64,000 nt of DNA, taken from Clostridia bacterium. GTDB taxonomy: Bacteria; Bacillota; Clostridia; TANB77; UBA1234. Below are positions 9,654-19,111 of the stretch, one piece after another. Position numbers and translations under genes: made by a program. The notes below the pieces were generated by a model, which saw nothing but the letters and a program-made list of their open reading frames with translations, did not search any database and was not told the origin of the DNA. The DNA lies in assembly GCA_017469545.1 (NCBI GenBank), contig JAFUGE010000009.1, forward strand, positions 1,567 to 65,566, in the 5' to 3' direction. Within the stretch, counting starts at the first letter, position 1; each line of letters starts with the position of its first letter.

Positions 9654-10079
9654 ATGGACGATTTGTATAATGATTTGATTATGGAACATAGTATGAATTC
9701 CTATAACAAAAAGAAACTGGAGTCGTGCGACTTTTGTGAAAAAGGGCATAACCCTAACTGCGGCGACGAGATAGAATTAGAAGTAAAATTAAATGGGGAT
9801 GTCATTGAAGATATGGCTTTCTTGGGGCACGGTTGCGCGATTTCGCAAAGCTCGACTTCGATTATGATTGAGACTTTGAGGGGCAAAACGATTGAAGAAG
9901 CTAGAGAAATTATCAAGACTTTTATTGATATGATTAAGCGAGAGACGAAAGACGAAAAAGAGCTTGAAAAGTTGGAAGACGCCATTGCGTTTAAAAATAT
10001 TGCGAATATGCCGGCACGTGTTAAGTGTGCCTTGCTTGCGTGGCACACGCTTGAGGGGATACTTGATAAATTTGCGTGA
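9654..10079 (+). CDS. sufU: SufU/IscU-like sulfur acceptor/scaffold
   Basis: 'NPNCGDEIEL', 'GHGCAISQSS', 'ARVKCALLAW' Cys ligands. Confidence 0.9.
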   Translation: MDDLYNDLIMEHSMNSYNKKKLESCDFCEKGHNPNCGDEIELEVKLNGDVIEDMAFLGHGCAISQSSTSIMIETLRGKTIEEAREIIKTFIDMIKRETKDEKELEKLEDAIAFKNIANMPARVKCALLAWHTLEGILDKFA

Positions 10080-10279
10080 AAATCAGCGATTTGCTGTGTC
10101 AGTTCGATTGTGAAAATCCTCAACGTACCATCGTACGCCTCCGGTTTTCGCAATCGAACTTCCTTGCAACTCACTAATTTTGACGCAAATTTACGAGATT
10201 AACATTAGTTTGAAAAGAGAAAAAATAAAAGTTATGTCAAAAATGATTGTAATGTTTTGACGAAAAAGGAGTTTTAGTT

Positions 10280-11332
10280 TTGGAGAAGAATAATCGTGTT
10301 TTACTTGGAATGAGTGGTGGTGTGGATAGTTCGACGGCTGCCGCTATTTTAAAGCAAAGAGGATATGAAGTGGTGGGAATGACGCTGGAGCTTTTTGCGG
10401 GTTCGTGTTGCAATTTGAGTACGAATTTGGATGCAAAGAAAGTTTGCCAGCAAATTGGAATAGAGCATATGACGTACAACTTGAAGGACGAGTTTAAAGA
10501 GCACGTGATTGACGATTTTATTAATGAGTATGCGCACCAAAGAACGCCAAATCCTTGCATTGAGTGCAATAAGTATATGAAGTTTGGCGCGATGTACGAG
10601 AAAGCGAAAGAGCTGGATTGTTATTACATAGCGACGGGGCATTATGCAAAAACAGAATATAGTGAAGAGTATGGTAGATGGGTTTTGAAAAAATCGAAAG
10701 CGGGAAGGAAAGACCAGAGCTATGTTTTGTGGAACATTCCCAAAGATTTAGTAGAGCACGTTTTATTTCCATTGGCTGATTTTGAAAGCAAAGAGCAAAT
10801 TAGAGAAATTGCAAGAGAAAACAATTTGAAAGTAGCAAACAAGCCAGATAGCGAAGATATTTGTTTTGTTCCAGACGGAGATTACAAAAAGTTCTTGGAA
10901 AACAATTCTGATTTGAAACCTAAAAAGGGCAAAATTGTCAATACGAAAGGCGAGGTTTTAGGCGAGCATACCGGACTTTATCGCTATACGATTGGCCAGA
11001 GAAAAGGATTAGGAATTTCGAATCCAGTGCCATTGTTTGTTGTGGGATTTGATAATGAAAAAAATGAGCTCATTGTGGGAGAAGAAAAAGACTTATATAC
11101 GAAAGAAATTCTAGTCAATGAATGTAATTTGATTCTTGTGGACAAAATAGAGGACGAGATGGAAGTGACGGTAAAGACGAGGTATTCCGCCAAAGAGGCG
11201 CCTGCGAAAATCAGAGAAGAGGGCGATAAAATTAGAGTGATTTTTGACGAACCGCAAAGGGCTGTGACGCCGGGGCAGTCGGCGGTGTTTTATATTGACG
11301 ACTACGTTGTTGGTGGCGGGAAAATCTGCTAA
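10280..11332 (+). CDS. mnmA: tRNA 2-thiouridine(34) synthase MnmA
   Basis: TTG start after AAAGGAG; PP-loop 'GMSGGVDSS'; 'NPCIECN'; 'ATGHYA'. Confidence 0.92.
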   Translation: MEKNNRVLLGMSGGVDSSTAAAILKQRGYEVVGMTLELFAGSCCNLSTNLDAKKVCQQIGIEHMTYNLKDEFKEHVIDDFINEYAHQRTPNPCIECNKYMKFGAMYEKAKELDCYYIATGHYAKTEYSEEYGRWVLKKSKAGRKDQSYVLWNIPKDLVEHVLFPLADFESKEQIREIARENNLKVANKPDSEDICFVPDGDYKKFLENNSDLKPKKGKIVNTKGEVLGEHTGLYRYTIGQRKGLGISNPVPLFVVGFDNEKNELIVGEEKDLYTKEILVNECNLILVDKIEDEMEVTVKTRYSAKEAPAKIREEGDKIRVIFDEPQRAVTPGQSAVFYIDDYVVGGGKIC

Positions 11333-11362
11333 TTCGTGTGAAAATCGGCGATAAATAATGGC

Positions 11363-11388
11363 GGGCAGCGTATTACGCTGCCCCTACA
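11363..11388. repeat. Family A palindromic unit (GGGCAGCGTnnnACGCTGCCCCTACA), single copy
   Basis: GGGCAGCGTATTACGCTGCCCCTACA, 30 nt after the mnmA stop. Probably doubles as a terminator stem. Confidence 0.8.
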
Positions 11389-11416
11389 GGTGCCTTTTGG
11401 GATTGTGCGAATTGTG

Positions 11417-11444
11417 TTGCAATTTGAAAATTAAATGTTATAAT
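11417..11444 (+). promoter_or_regulatory. Candidate promoter of tRNA-Ser
   Basis: TTGCAA, 16-nt spacer, TATAAT, 8 nt upstream of the tRNA 5' end. Confidence 0.55.
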
Positions 11445-11452
11445 ATTGTTAT

Positions 11453-11544
11453 GCAGTGGTGCCGAAGCGGTCATAACGGCGTAGACTCGAAATCTATTGT
11501 GAGGTGTAAGCCTTCCGTGGGTTCAAATCCCACCCACTGCGCCA
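11453..11544 (+). tRNA. tRNA-Ser (anticodon CGA), long variable arm
   Basis: Acceptor GCAGTGG/CCACTGC; anticodon loop CTCGAAA; long variable arm; T-arm GTGGG-TTCAAAT-CCCAC; encoded CCA. Confidence 0.88.
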
Positions 11545-11604
11545 AGTGCTGTATGGGTCGCCCGGAGGGGAGGCCCTTATATTGAATAATGGAGAGGGTT
11601 AGCA

Positions 11605-12501
11605 ATGTACGATATTATCATTGTTGGTGCTGGCACGGCTGGCTTAACGGCCGCTTTGTACGCGCTAAGAGCGAATAAAAAGATTTTGATTTTAGAGGCG
11701 AAGAGTTATGGCGGCCAAATCATTAATGCACATAAGGTTGAAAATTACCCTGGAATTGCAAGCATTTCGGGCTTTGAGTTTGCGACGAATTTGTACAATC
11801 AAGTGAAAAATTTAGGGGCTGAGATTAAGTATGAGACGGTTGTGCGTGTGGACGAAAATAGGCAGGTTACGACGGATAAAGCCACTTACGAGGCAAAAGC
11901 CGTGATTCTTGCTACTGGCTCTGAAAACAGAAAACTTCGCTTGGAAAACGAAGCAGCGTTTGTAGGCAAAGGAGTTTCTTATTGCGCAACGTGCGACGGC
12001 AACTTTTATAAACATAAGGTAGTAGCTGTGGTTGGTGGCGGCAATAGGGCTTTAGAGGATGCTGTGTATTTGGCTGATTTGGCTAGTAAAGTTTATCTTA
12101 TTCATAGAAGAGACGAATTTACGGGCGAAGAAATCTATTTGGAAGAGTTGAAAAGGCGCGAGAATGTGGAGTTTGTCCTTAATTCCAATGTGACTAGGTT
12201 GAATGGCGAAGAGCTATTAGAGAGCATTGATTTGCAGGACAAGGAGGGAAATACAAGAACGATTCCTGTCAATGGCTTATTTATTGCCGTGGGGCAGGCC
12301 CCTCGAAACGATATTTTTGCTAATATCATAGAATTGGACAAAGCGGGATATATTAAGTCTGAAGATGGCGTTCATACGAATGTGCCAGGGATTTATGTGG
12401 CGGGAGATTGCAGAGTGAAAAATTTACGCCAATTAACAACGGCCGTGGGCGATGGGGCAGATGCCGCGACGACGGCTATCAAAGAAATGGCTAAAGAATG
12501 A
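11605..12501 (+). CDS. trxB: Thioredoxin-disulfide reductase
   Basis: 'GAGTAG' FAD site, 'CATCDG' redox centre, 'GGGNRALE' NADPH site. Confidence 0.92.
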   Translation: MYDIIIVGAGTAGLTAALYALRANKKILILEAKSYGGQIINAHKVENYPGIASISGFEFATNLYNQVKNLGAEIKYETVVRVDENRQVTTDKATYEAKAVILATGSENRKLRLENEAAFVGKGVSYCATCDGNFYKHKVVAVVGGGNRALEDAVYLADLASKVYLIHRRDEFTGEEIYLEELKRRENVEFVLNSNVTRLNGEELLESIDLQDKEGNTRTIPVNGLFIAVGQAPRNDIFANIIELDKAGYIKSEDGVHTNVPGIYVAGDCRVKNLRQLTTAVGDGADAATTAIKEMAKE

Positions 12502-12565
12502 TTCATAGCCTAAGGTAAGTATATCTTGGGTTGTAATAAGAAAAATAAAAATAGGGAGGATTATG

Positions 12566-12871
12566 ATGGTTACAGAGATTACACAAAATGAATTTCACGA
12601 GAAAGTAAAAGGGACAAGTGGAAAGGTTTTAGTAGACTGTTATGCGGAGTGGTGTGGCCCTTGTCAAATGCTTTCACCTATCGTGGACGAGCTAGCAGAA
12701 GAAGTGGACACTTGCACGTTTTTCAAGTTAAATGTTGACGATTCCGAAGAGATTTCAAGTGAGTATGGAATTATGTCTATTCCAACACTATTGCTTTTCG
12801 AAAATGGCGAATTAAAGAGCAAAACAGTCGGCTTTAAAAGCAAAGACGAACTAAAAGAACTAATAGGATGA
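12566..12871 (+). CDS. trxA: Thioredoxin
   Basis: 'WCGPCQ' active site. Start 12563 or 12566 (tandem ATGs after AGGGAGGA). Confidence 0.92.
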   Translation: MVTEITQNEFHEKVKGTSGKVLVDCYAEWCGPCQMLSPIVDELAEEVDTCTFFKLNVDDSEEISSEYGIMSIPTLLLFENGELKSKTVGFKSKDELKELIG

Positions 12872-12874
12872 AAA

Positions 12875-12901
12875 AGAAGCAAACCATAATGGTTTGCTTC
12901 T
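12875..12901. terminator. Bidirectional terminator shared by trxA and tRNA-Gly(GCC)
   Basis: 12-bp stem AGAAGCAAACCA / TGGTTTGCTTCT. A-run on one side, so a T-run on the minus strand. Confidence 0.75.
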
Positions 12902-12904
12902 GGG

Positions 12905-12980
12905 TGGAGCGGGAAACGGGGCTCAAACCCGCGACCTCCACCTTGGCAAGGTGGCGCTCTATCAACTGAGCTATTCCCGC
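12905..12980 (-). tRNA. tRNA-Gly (anticodon GCC)
   Basis: Reverse complement GCGGGAATAGCTCAGTTGATAGAGCGCCACCTTGCCAAGGTGGAGGTCGCGGGTTTGAGCCCCGTTTCCCGCTCCA. Anticodon loop TTGCCAA. Confidence 0.9.
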
Positions 12981-13050
12981 GTCGACAATACATATCATAA
13001 CCTATAATTCTTCTATTGTCAAGCCCCCAAATTAAAAAAATACAGAAAAT

Positions 13051-13476
13051 TTATCCCTCTTTTGAATTTTTGAACACAAAGATCTTGCTAAAAATATAGT
13101 TCAAAATCACGACAATCACTGAAACCCCAATTTTCACAAGCATTTCGTTTATCCCTATTACTGTGGCAAGCACAAAAAACGCTACTTCTTCGAAAATCAT
13201 TGTCACAACTCGTCCAGAACAGAACATCAAAAATTCTTTCCAAATATTCGGCTCTTTACTCTTAAACACAAATTTGCGATTTACCACATAAGAAGTAATC
13301 ACGGCCAAAATAATCGAAATGATATTGGCAATATTCTCCTCAATAAATGGCGCAAACCTTCTCAAAAGCCAGAAAGAGCCCCAACTAACAAGCGTTGTAA
13401 TAATACCAAACGCAAAATATGTAATGATATGTTTTCTATATGCCGCGTCTTCGCGCATTCTCTTCACAAAATCCAT
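13051..13476 (-). CDS. GtrA-family membrane protein
   Basis: 4 TM segments; 'VNRKFVFK' and C-terminal 'KIFVFK' GtrA-type motifs. Confidence 0.75.
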   Translation of the reverse strand: MDFVKRMREDAAYRKHIITYFAFGIITTLVSWGSFWLLRRFAPFIEENIANIISIILAVITSYVVNRKFVFKSKEPNIWKEFLMFCSGRVVTMIFEEVAFFVLATVIGINEMLVKIGVSVIVVILNYIFSKIFVFKNSKEG

Positions 13477-13553
13477 CTTAAATCACCGTAAACTATTGTA
13501 GCATTTTACTAGCAAAGTGTCAATTTTTAAGCTATTTTTTTCAAAATTAGTCC

Positions 13554-13582
13554 TTGACAAGACAGCAAAACCACATTATAAT
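13554..13582 (+). promoter_or_regulatory. Candidate promoter of the tRNA-Met/tRNA-Gly pair
   Basis: TTGACA, 17-nt spacer, TATAAT, about 20 nt upstream of tRNA-Met. Confidence 0.6.
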
Positions 13583-13601
13583 ATATTTGTTGCTTATAGA
13601 T

Positions 13602-13678
13602 GGCGGGATAGCTCAGTTGGCTAGAGCATCCGGTTCATACCCGGCAGGTCGATGGTTCAAATCCATTTCCCGCTACCA
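13602..13678 (+). tRNA. tRNA with CAU anticodon (elongator tRNA-Met type; lysidine-modified tRNA-Ile2 not excluded)
   Basis: GGCGGGATAGCTCAG...; anticodon loop TTCATAC; no C1xA72 mismatch and no GGG/CCC anticodon stem, so not an initiator; encoded CCA. Confidence 0.8.
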
Positions 13679-13740
13679 TAAATGACACAGGGGCCGCATA
13701 AAATGCGGCCCGTATTTATTATCTAATATTTTTTATCGAT

Positions 13741-13814
<74 letters not shown>

Positions 13815-13828
13815 CGTAAATTTGCTTC

Positions 13829-13882
13829 GAACTCTTGTAGGGGTCGCATATTATGCGACCAGAATGCTAGAGTTCTTTTTTT
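13829..13882. repeat. Terminator-like palindromic repeat, family C, copy 3
   Basis: GAACTCTTGTAGGGGTCGCATATTATGCGACCAGAATGCTAGAGTTC plus T-run. Inner stem changes are compensatory relative to copies 1 and 2. Confidence 0.85.
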
Positions 13883-14073
13883 GTGTGTAAAGGAATACAA
13901 ATGAGGAGTTAGCAAAAAAGGTCAAATACAGTTAATATAGTAAAAATTTACTAAATCCATTGTAATTTTTAAAATTGTGCTATATAATACAAACAAAAGT
14001 TCTTAAAATAATAATGATTTTCTATTATGGCGAAATCACCATAATTAGAAATATATGGAAAGTGGTGATTATT

Positions 14074-14763
14074 GTGGCTGATATTGAAATTAAAAACAAT
14101 GTAATAATACATAAAGATAAGTCATTGAATCGACTTGACTTGTCTTTTTTGAAGCATATAGAGCTAGAAGAATACAAGAAATGTGATTTACTTGCATACT
14201 GGATATATGATTTTGCAAAATATCATGATGATGAAAGAGTTTTTGATATTGCAAAGTCTGGTGTATATTCTCGTGGAGATGTTATAAAGGTTAATTTAGG
14301 TTTTAATATTGGGAATGAACTTGGCGGATTACACTACTGCATTGTTTTGAACAAATATGATAATACACGTAATGGTACTTTGAATGTAATTCCATTGACT
14401 TCAAGGAAAGACAATAAAAGATATGACTCTTCTTCTGTTAATCTTGGACAAGAACTTTATAACGTATTTCAGGAGAAGATTTCAAAAGAAAAGGAAAAAT
14501 TACAACAGATCTTAGACGAGCTGGAAAAAATAGAAGATATTCCTGTTAATATTCAAAACATAATTGAGAAAGAGCAAAGATATATTGAAAAAATGGAAAA
14601 CGAGATTTCAAATATGAAAAAAGATAGTATTGCTTTGATTAACCAGATTACAACAATTAGTAAGCAGAGGATTTTTAAAGATACTATAAGAAGAAATGTT
14701 AAGATATCTAGTGAATCTCTTAATTTAATAGACAAACAAATAACTAAATATTTCACTAAATAG
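14074..14763 (+). CDS. MazF/PemK-fold toxin-like protein with N-terminal extension and internal coiled-coil insertion
   Basis: 'RGDVIKVNLGFNIGNELGGLHYCIVLNKYDN..LNVIPLTS' and distal 'SIALINQITTISKQRI' match the PemK strand order. Start uncertain (GTG 14074; ORF opens at 13975). Confidence 0.55.
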   Translation: MADIEIKNNVIIHKDKSLNRLDLSFLKHIELEEYKKCDLLAYWIYDFAKYHDDERVFDIAKSGVYSRGDVIKVNLGFNIGNELGGLHYCIVLNKYDNTRNGTLNVIPLTSRKDNKRYDSSSVNLGQELYNVFQEKISKEKEKLQQILDELEKIEDIPVNIQNIIEKEQRYIEKMENEISNMKKDSIALINQITTISKQRIFKDTIRRNVKISSESLNLIDKQITKYFTK

Positions 14764-14969
14764 GGCTAGAATTAAATAAAAAGGAGAGTTGCAAGAACTC
14801 TCCAAAATCATTTAGGCTCCCGCCTTACTATTTCTAGTAGGGGGTTAAGTTATATTTATATTAGCATAAAAAACATAACTTGTCAAATGACAATATTATT
14901 TTATTCATAAAAAAATGGATTATACCTACAAAACTCATTATAAATAGTGGGGTCCCATCCCACAAATCG

Positions 14970-15908
14970 TCAGATTTGTGGGAGCCCTGCTTTTATGGTT
15001 TGCGACTTTTTGTTGTAGTACATTCCTTGATATAAATCTTGTTCTTTTAGTATTTTGTCTATTCCATTTAGTACCCACTTTTTGTGCAGGTTCCATTCAG
15101 GGGCCAGCAGCAAATCTTTTGGCGCGTCGCCAGAAATTCTGTGAATAATGATATCCGGCCTAAGATGTGTTATGATGTACGCAAGTTTTTCGAGATAGTA
15201 TTCTAAGGTGACGGGCTGGTAGTCGCCATCTTTGTACATTTGCGCAAGCTTGGTGCCCTCTACAATATAACACGAATGAATTTTGATTCCTTGGATGTCG
15301 CAAGAGTTTAAAAATTCCACTGTATTTTGAATGCTGTCGTCATTTTCAAAGGGCAGGCCCATCATCATATGCGCAATGACTTCTATGCCGTATTTTCGAA
15401 GTATTTTGACAGCTTCTATGAATTTATCGTTTGCGTAGCCGCGATTGAGATGCTTTAAAATGTTTTCGTCTGTAGTCTGGAGGCCAAGCTCTACCAATAC
15501 CGTATATCGCGGCATATAACTACTTAGTAATTTGGCAATTTCTTCTGTGATGCAGTCCGGCCTTGTGGCGATAGAGAGTGCGACAATGCGACTATCAATT
15601 AGGGCGGCATCATATTTTCGTTTTAGATTTTCTAGGGAGTCATACGTATTCGTAAAATTTTGAAAATATACGATAAATTGATTGGCTCTTTCTTTCTTGT
15701 AATCGATTTGTTTTTTTACTTGACTGGCGATGTTCTTTGCTGACTTTAAATGCTCACCAGAACCTTTCGCGCTGCAAAAAATACAGCCTCCCGTGGAGAC
15801 TGTGCCGTCTCGATTAGGACAAGTAAATCCGCCGTCCACACAGATTTTAAGCGTTCTTTCCCCAAATTTATTTTTGAAATAATTGTTTAAATGTTGATAT
15901 CTTTCCAT
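14970..15908 (-). CDS. TIGR01212-type radical SAM protein
   Basis: 'GGFTCPNRDGT...GGCIFCS' cluster motif and TIM-barrel-length body. Confidence 0.8.
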   Translation of the reverse strand: MERYQHLNNYFKNKFGERTLKICVDGGFTCPNRDGTVSTGGCIFCSAKGSGEHLKSAKNIASQVKKQIDYKKERANQFIVYFQNFTNTYDSLENLKRKYDAALIDSRIVALSIATRPDCITEEIAKLLSSYMPRYTVLVELGLQTTDENILKHLNRGYANDKFIEAVKILRKYGIEVIAHMMMGLPFENDDSIQNTVEFLNSCDIQGIKIHSCYIVEGTKLAQMYKDGDYQPVTLEYYLEKLAYIITHLRPDIIIHRISGDAPKDLLLAPEWNLHKKWVLNGIDKILKEQDLYQGMYYNKKSQTIKAGLPQI

Positions 15909-16032
15909 AATGCCATCATTATAGCACAGAACGGAATAAATGTATATAGAAACAGCACTTGAAATTGTAGGAATAATGATTTAAAATTATAAATAGAGAA
16001 AACATCCTCAAATCATTAGGGGGCGAATTAAA

Positions 16033-16836
16033 GTGGGAAAACGAAAGAAGAATGTCGCAAAGGAAGTGCGTGGAAAGTATTTTGGCTATAAGAACGAGCT
16101 TGATTTTGCGATTGAAACACTACCAGATAAAGAGCTACGAGAGGCTATTAAAGAGTGTAATAGAAGCGGTGCGAGAGTGAAAGGATTTTTTACTACGCTT
16201 GAAATTTCTGAACTGGCTTCTATGGCGCTTAGAATTACGAAAGAGAATGAGAGAAGACTCTTTAATATTTTAAGAGAATTAGAGGCGAATCATTGTCTTA
16301 GAATCGTGCTTGCCTATGACGAATTCGATCATTTAGATACATTAAGAATTTTTGGTAATATTCGAAACAAGGCAAAAGTTTTTACCATAGTGAGGAGTGC
16401 TGTGAAAAAGAAAAGTGATTTTGATACGTTAAGTCCACAATTGCAAGAAATTTATAAAATGCATAAGTCATTGGTGCGTGAGGATTTGGAGCATCAAATC
16501 AAATATAAAGAGGGGAGACTTTTGCAGTCAACGATTATTTGCAATATTGATTCCTCCTATTTTTCTTATGGCGCGGATAGAGTGAAGAAAATCTATAGTT
16601 CTATGCTTTGGGAAAATAATGACGATATGCGAAATGGAAATTACACTTATCGATTTAGAGATAAGAATAGTATGCTAAATAAAATGAAACAGATTAATGT
16701 TGAATTGGATAAGGAGTTCCAGTGGCAGGCAGACGAGCTTGAGGCACTTTCTGCGAAGTATCGATGGGATCCGAATGACGAGAATTCTGATATGTTTGTT
16801 AGACTTGCTAAAGTAAGGGACGGAATTGATTTTTAA
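16033..16836 (+). CDS. Hypothetical protein (267 aa), no recognisable domain
   Basis: GTG start after AGGGGG; long open frame with good coding texture; terminator follows. Confidence 0.5.
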   Translation: MGKRKKNVAKEVRGKYFGYKNELDFAIETLPDKELREAIKECNRSGARVKGFFTTLEISELASMALRITKENERRLFNILRELEANHCLRIVLAYDEFDHLDTLRIFGNIRNKAKVFTIVRSAVKKKSDFDTLSPQLQEIYKMHKSLVREDLEHQIKYKEGRLLQSTIICNIDSSYFSYGADRVKKIYSSMLWENNDDMRNGNYTYRFRDKNSMLNKMKQINVELDKEFQWQADELEALSAKYRWDPNDENSDMFVRLAKVRDGIDF

Positions 16837-16854
16837 TCATGTGTCATAAAATGA

Positions 16855-16889
16855 CCTAGTACAAAATATTTTGTACTAGGTATTTTTTT
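16855..16889 (+). terminator. Rho-independent terminator
   Basis: CCTAGTACAAAAT/ATTTTGTACTAGG stem plus T-run. Confidence 0.8.
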
Positions 16890-16907
16890 GACTGAAAAGG
16901 TGGTTGT

Positions 16908-17141
16908 ATGAATAGGCGTTTATCTTCTTTAAAGGTAGGGCAATCGGGGAAAATTATTTTGGTGGATGTTGCTGATAAGAAAGTCAAACAGCATTTGCTG
17001 GATATGGGACTCGTGAGAGGAACGAGAGTGAAGGTAAAGAAGATTGCCCCTTCTGGTAGCCCGATTGATATAGAACTAAGGGGCTACGAATTATGTGTTG
17101 GAAGAAAAGAACTTGATAATATTATTGTGGAGATAACTTGA
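16908..17141 (+). CDS. feoA: Ferrous iron transport protein FeoA
   Basis: 77-aa SH3-like 'L..L..G....I......G...LL.MGL..G'; overlaps feoB. Confidence 0.88.
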   Translation: MNRRLSSLKVGQSGKIILVDVADKKVKQHLLDMGLVRGTRVKVKKIAPSGSPIDIELRGYELCVGRKELDNIIVEIT

Positions 17142-17143
17142 AT

Positions 17144-19111
17144 ATGAGAATTGCTTTGATTGGAAATCAAAATAGTGGAAAGACAACGTTGTTTAATTTA
17201 TTAACGGGAATGCAACAAAAGATTGGAAATTGGCCTGGTGTTACTGTGGAGAAAAAGTCTGGAGTGATAAAAGGCACTAGCTATGAATTGGTCGATCTGC
17301 CTGGGATTTATTCCTTTAGTCCGTATACGATAGAGGAAAAAATTTCCCAAGAGTTTGTATTACATGAGAAAATGGATTTGATTATTAATGTGGTGGACGC
17401 GAGTAATTTAGAGAGAAGTCTTTATTTAACTACGCAGCTTCTAGAGCTTGACTGTCCTGTGATTGTTGCGCTTAATATGATTGATGTTGCCAATAAAAAA
17501 GGAATGGTAATTCATGATTTGGCACTTGAGAAACAGTTAGGTGCCGAAGTATGCAGGATATCTGCTAAGAATGGTATGGGAATTCATAATTTAATTCAAT
17601 ACATATCACATGCTCGAAACCATAAGAAAATAAGGATTTTTGACGACTATTTGGAAGCGAAAATAGATGCGATAGAAAGAACTTATTTGCACCATGAGAA
17701 CAATAAAAGATTTGTTGCTATTCGATTGTTAGAGGGAAAAGAAAGTAAGAAGGAAATCAATTTATCTCAGGACAGAGACGAGATAGAGAAAAAATATCAT
17801 TTGGAAATGGCTGAATTAATTGCGACGCAGAGATATGATTTTTTAGACAGAATACTGAAAGATGTTGTGCAGTATCAAAAGAGAAGAAGGACTTTAACGG
17901 ATTATTTAGATAAACTATTTTTAAATCAATATATTGGAATGCTGTTTTTTGCTGTGATTATGTTCTTGGTTTATTATTTGTCTGTTGGGGTTGTGGGAGA
18001 CCATTCTACTTCTATTGTGGCGGCCAGCGTGAATATTTTCAAGGGTATGCTACAAAATATTTTTGTAAAAATGCAGGTTTCGGAAATGCTTACCAGTTTG
18101 GTGTTAGAAGGGATTGTTGCTGGCGTTGGCACAGTGCTTTCTTTTGTGCCTCAGCTTGTCATGTTGTTTTTATGTATTTCGGTTTTGGAGTCGACAGGAT
18201 ATCTGTCCAGAGTTTCTATGCTGTTTGATCATTTATTTAGAAAGATAGGATTAAGTGGAAAGTCAATCATTCCATTTATCGTTGGCTCGGGATGTAGTGT
18301 ACCGGGAATCATGGCAAGCAGAATGATTGAATCGGAGGAGGAAAGGGATAGAACGATTATATGTACACCATTTATTCCTTGCAGTGCAAAGCTTCCGATA
18401 ATCGCGTTGTTTGCTGGGTGCTTTTTCAAAGAGTATGCGGGAGTGGCTTCGGCGACTGTTTATTTCTTGGCAATTGTGATTATTATTGTTAGTTCTTATT
18501 TCATGGTTAGGGGACGAACTATGAAAAATGATATCACGTATATTTCAGAATTGCCGGAGTATAAACTACCTAGTGTGAAATACGTATTTCGAGATGTTTT
18601 AGATAAAGTGATTTCATTTTTGAAGAGGGCGGGAAGTGTGATATTGATTTGTTCCGTTGTTTTATGGTTCTTGCTTACTTTTTCGGTTGGCTTTGAATAT
18701 GGAGTAGATGTGGAAAATAGTATTCTTGCTATGATTGGAAAGAAAATTTCATTTCTCTTTTATCCTATGATTGGCAAGAATAGCTGGGAGGCGACTGTCT
18801 CCATCATGCAAGGAATCGTTGCGAAAGAGCAAGTGATATCTTCGATGGCTATTATATCTGGACTGAAAAGTGGAGCAGGAAGTGCCGCGATGTTTGAGCA
18901 AGGCGGAGTATTTGATTTTTTTACAGCATCTTCAGCACTCGCTTTTGTTACGTTTAATTTGTTTAGTGCCCCTTGTATCAGTGCAATTGCTACTATGAGA
19001 AAAGAGCTGGGGACGAATGGAAAATTAGTGAAAGCTTTGATGTTTCAAACGGCTGTGGCATATGTGGTTTCAGTGGTTATTTATCAAGTGGGAAGTAGGT
19101 TTGGTGTATGA
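17144..19111 (+). CDS. feoB: Ferrous iron transporter FeoB
   Basis: G-domain 'GNQNSGKTT', 'DLPG', 'NMID'; polytopic C-terminal permease. Confidence 0.93.
   Translation: MRIALIGNQNSGKTTLFNLLTGMQQKIGNWPGVTVEKKSGVIKGTSYELVDLPGIYSFSPYTIEEKISQEFVLHEKMDLIINVVDASNLERSLYLTTQLLELDCPVIVALNMIDVANKKGMVIHDLALEKQLGAEVCRISAKNGMGIHNLIQYISHARNHKKIRIFDDYLEAKIDAIERTYLHHENNKRFVAIRLLEGKESKKEINLSQDRDEIEKKYHLEMAELIATQRYDFLDRILKDVVQYQKRRRTLTDYLDKLFLNQYIGMLFFAVIMFLVYYLSVGVVGDHSTSIVAASVNIFKGMLQNIFVKMQVSEMLTSLVLEGIVAGVGTVLSFVPQLVMLFLCISVLESTGYLSRVSMLFDHLFRKIGLSGKSIIPFIVGSGCSVPGIMASRMIESEEERDRTIICTPFIPCSAKLPIIALFAGCFFKEYAGVASATVYFLAIVIIIVSSYFMVRGRTMKNDITYISELPEYKLPSVKYVFRDVLDKVISFLKRAGSVILICSVVLWFLLTFSVGFEYGVDVENSILAMIGKKISFLFYPMIGKNSWEATVSIMQGIVAKEQVISSMAIISGLKSGAGSAAMFEQGGVFDFFTASSALAFVTFNLFSAPCISAIATMRKELGTNGKLVKALMFQTAVAYVVSVVIYQVGSRFGV

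Noticed and set aside
10120-10175. Weak similarity between the sufU-mnmA spacer (..CATCGTACGCCTCCGGTTTTCGCAATCGAAC..) and the region upstream of the SLH gene (29650-29695, ..GTCGTACAACTTCCTCGGCCTGCGAAAAA..), possibly a fourth repeat family.
   Set aside because: The match is short and gapped by eye and I cannot show significance without an alignment tool. The local inverted repeat GTTCGATTGTGAAAATC / GTTTTCGCAATCGAAC at 10101-10168 is real, but it may simply be a terminator.
11453-11544. Possibility that the long-arm tRNA with the unusual GCAGTGG acceptor is tRNA-Sec.
   Set aside because: The anticodon loop is CTCGAAA (CGA, not UCA), the acceptor stem is 7 bp, and no selA/selB context is visible. 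Called tRNA-Ser.
11358-11585. 75-aa ORF 'MAGSVLRCPYRC...' plus similar ORFs at 37290..37493 and the N-terminal 34 codons of ORF 27593..28990.
   Set aside because: The shared 'GSVLRCPY' peptide is just the translation of the family A palindromic repeat. ORF 11358 also runs through tRNA-Ser. The patatin gene has a proper RBS and ATG at 28888.
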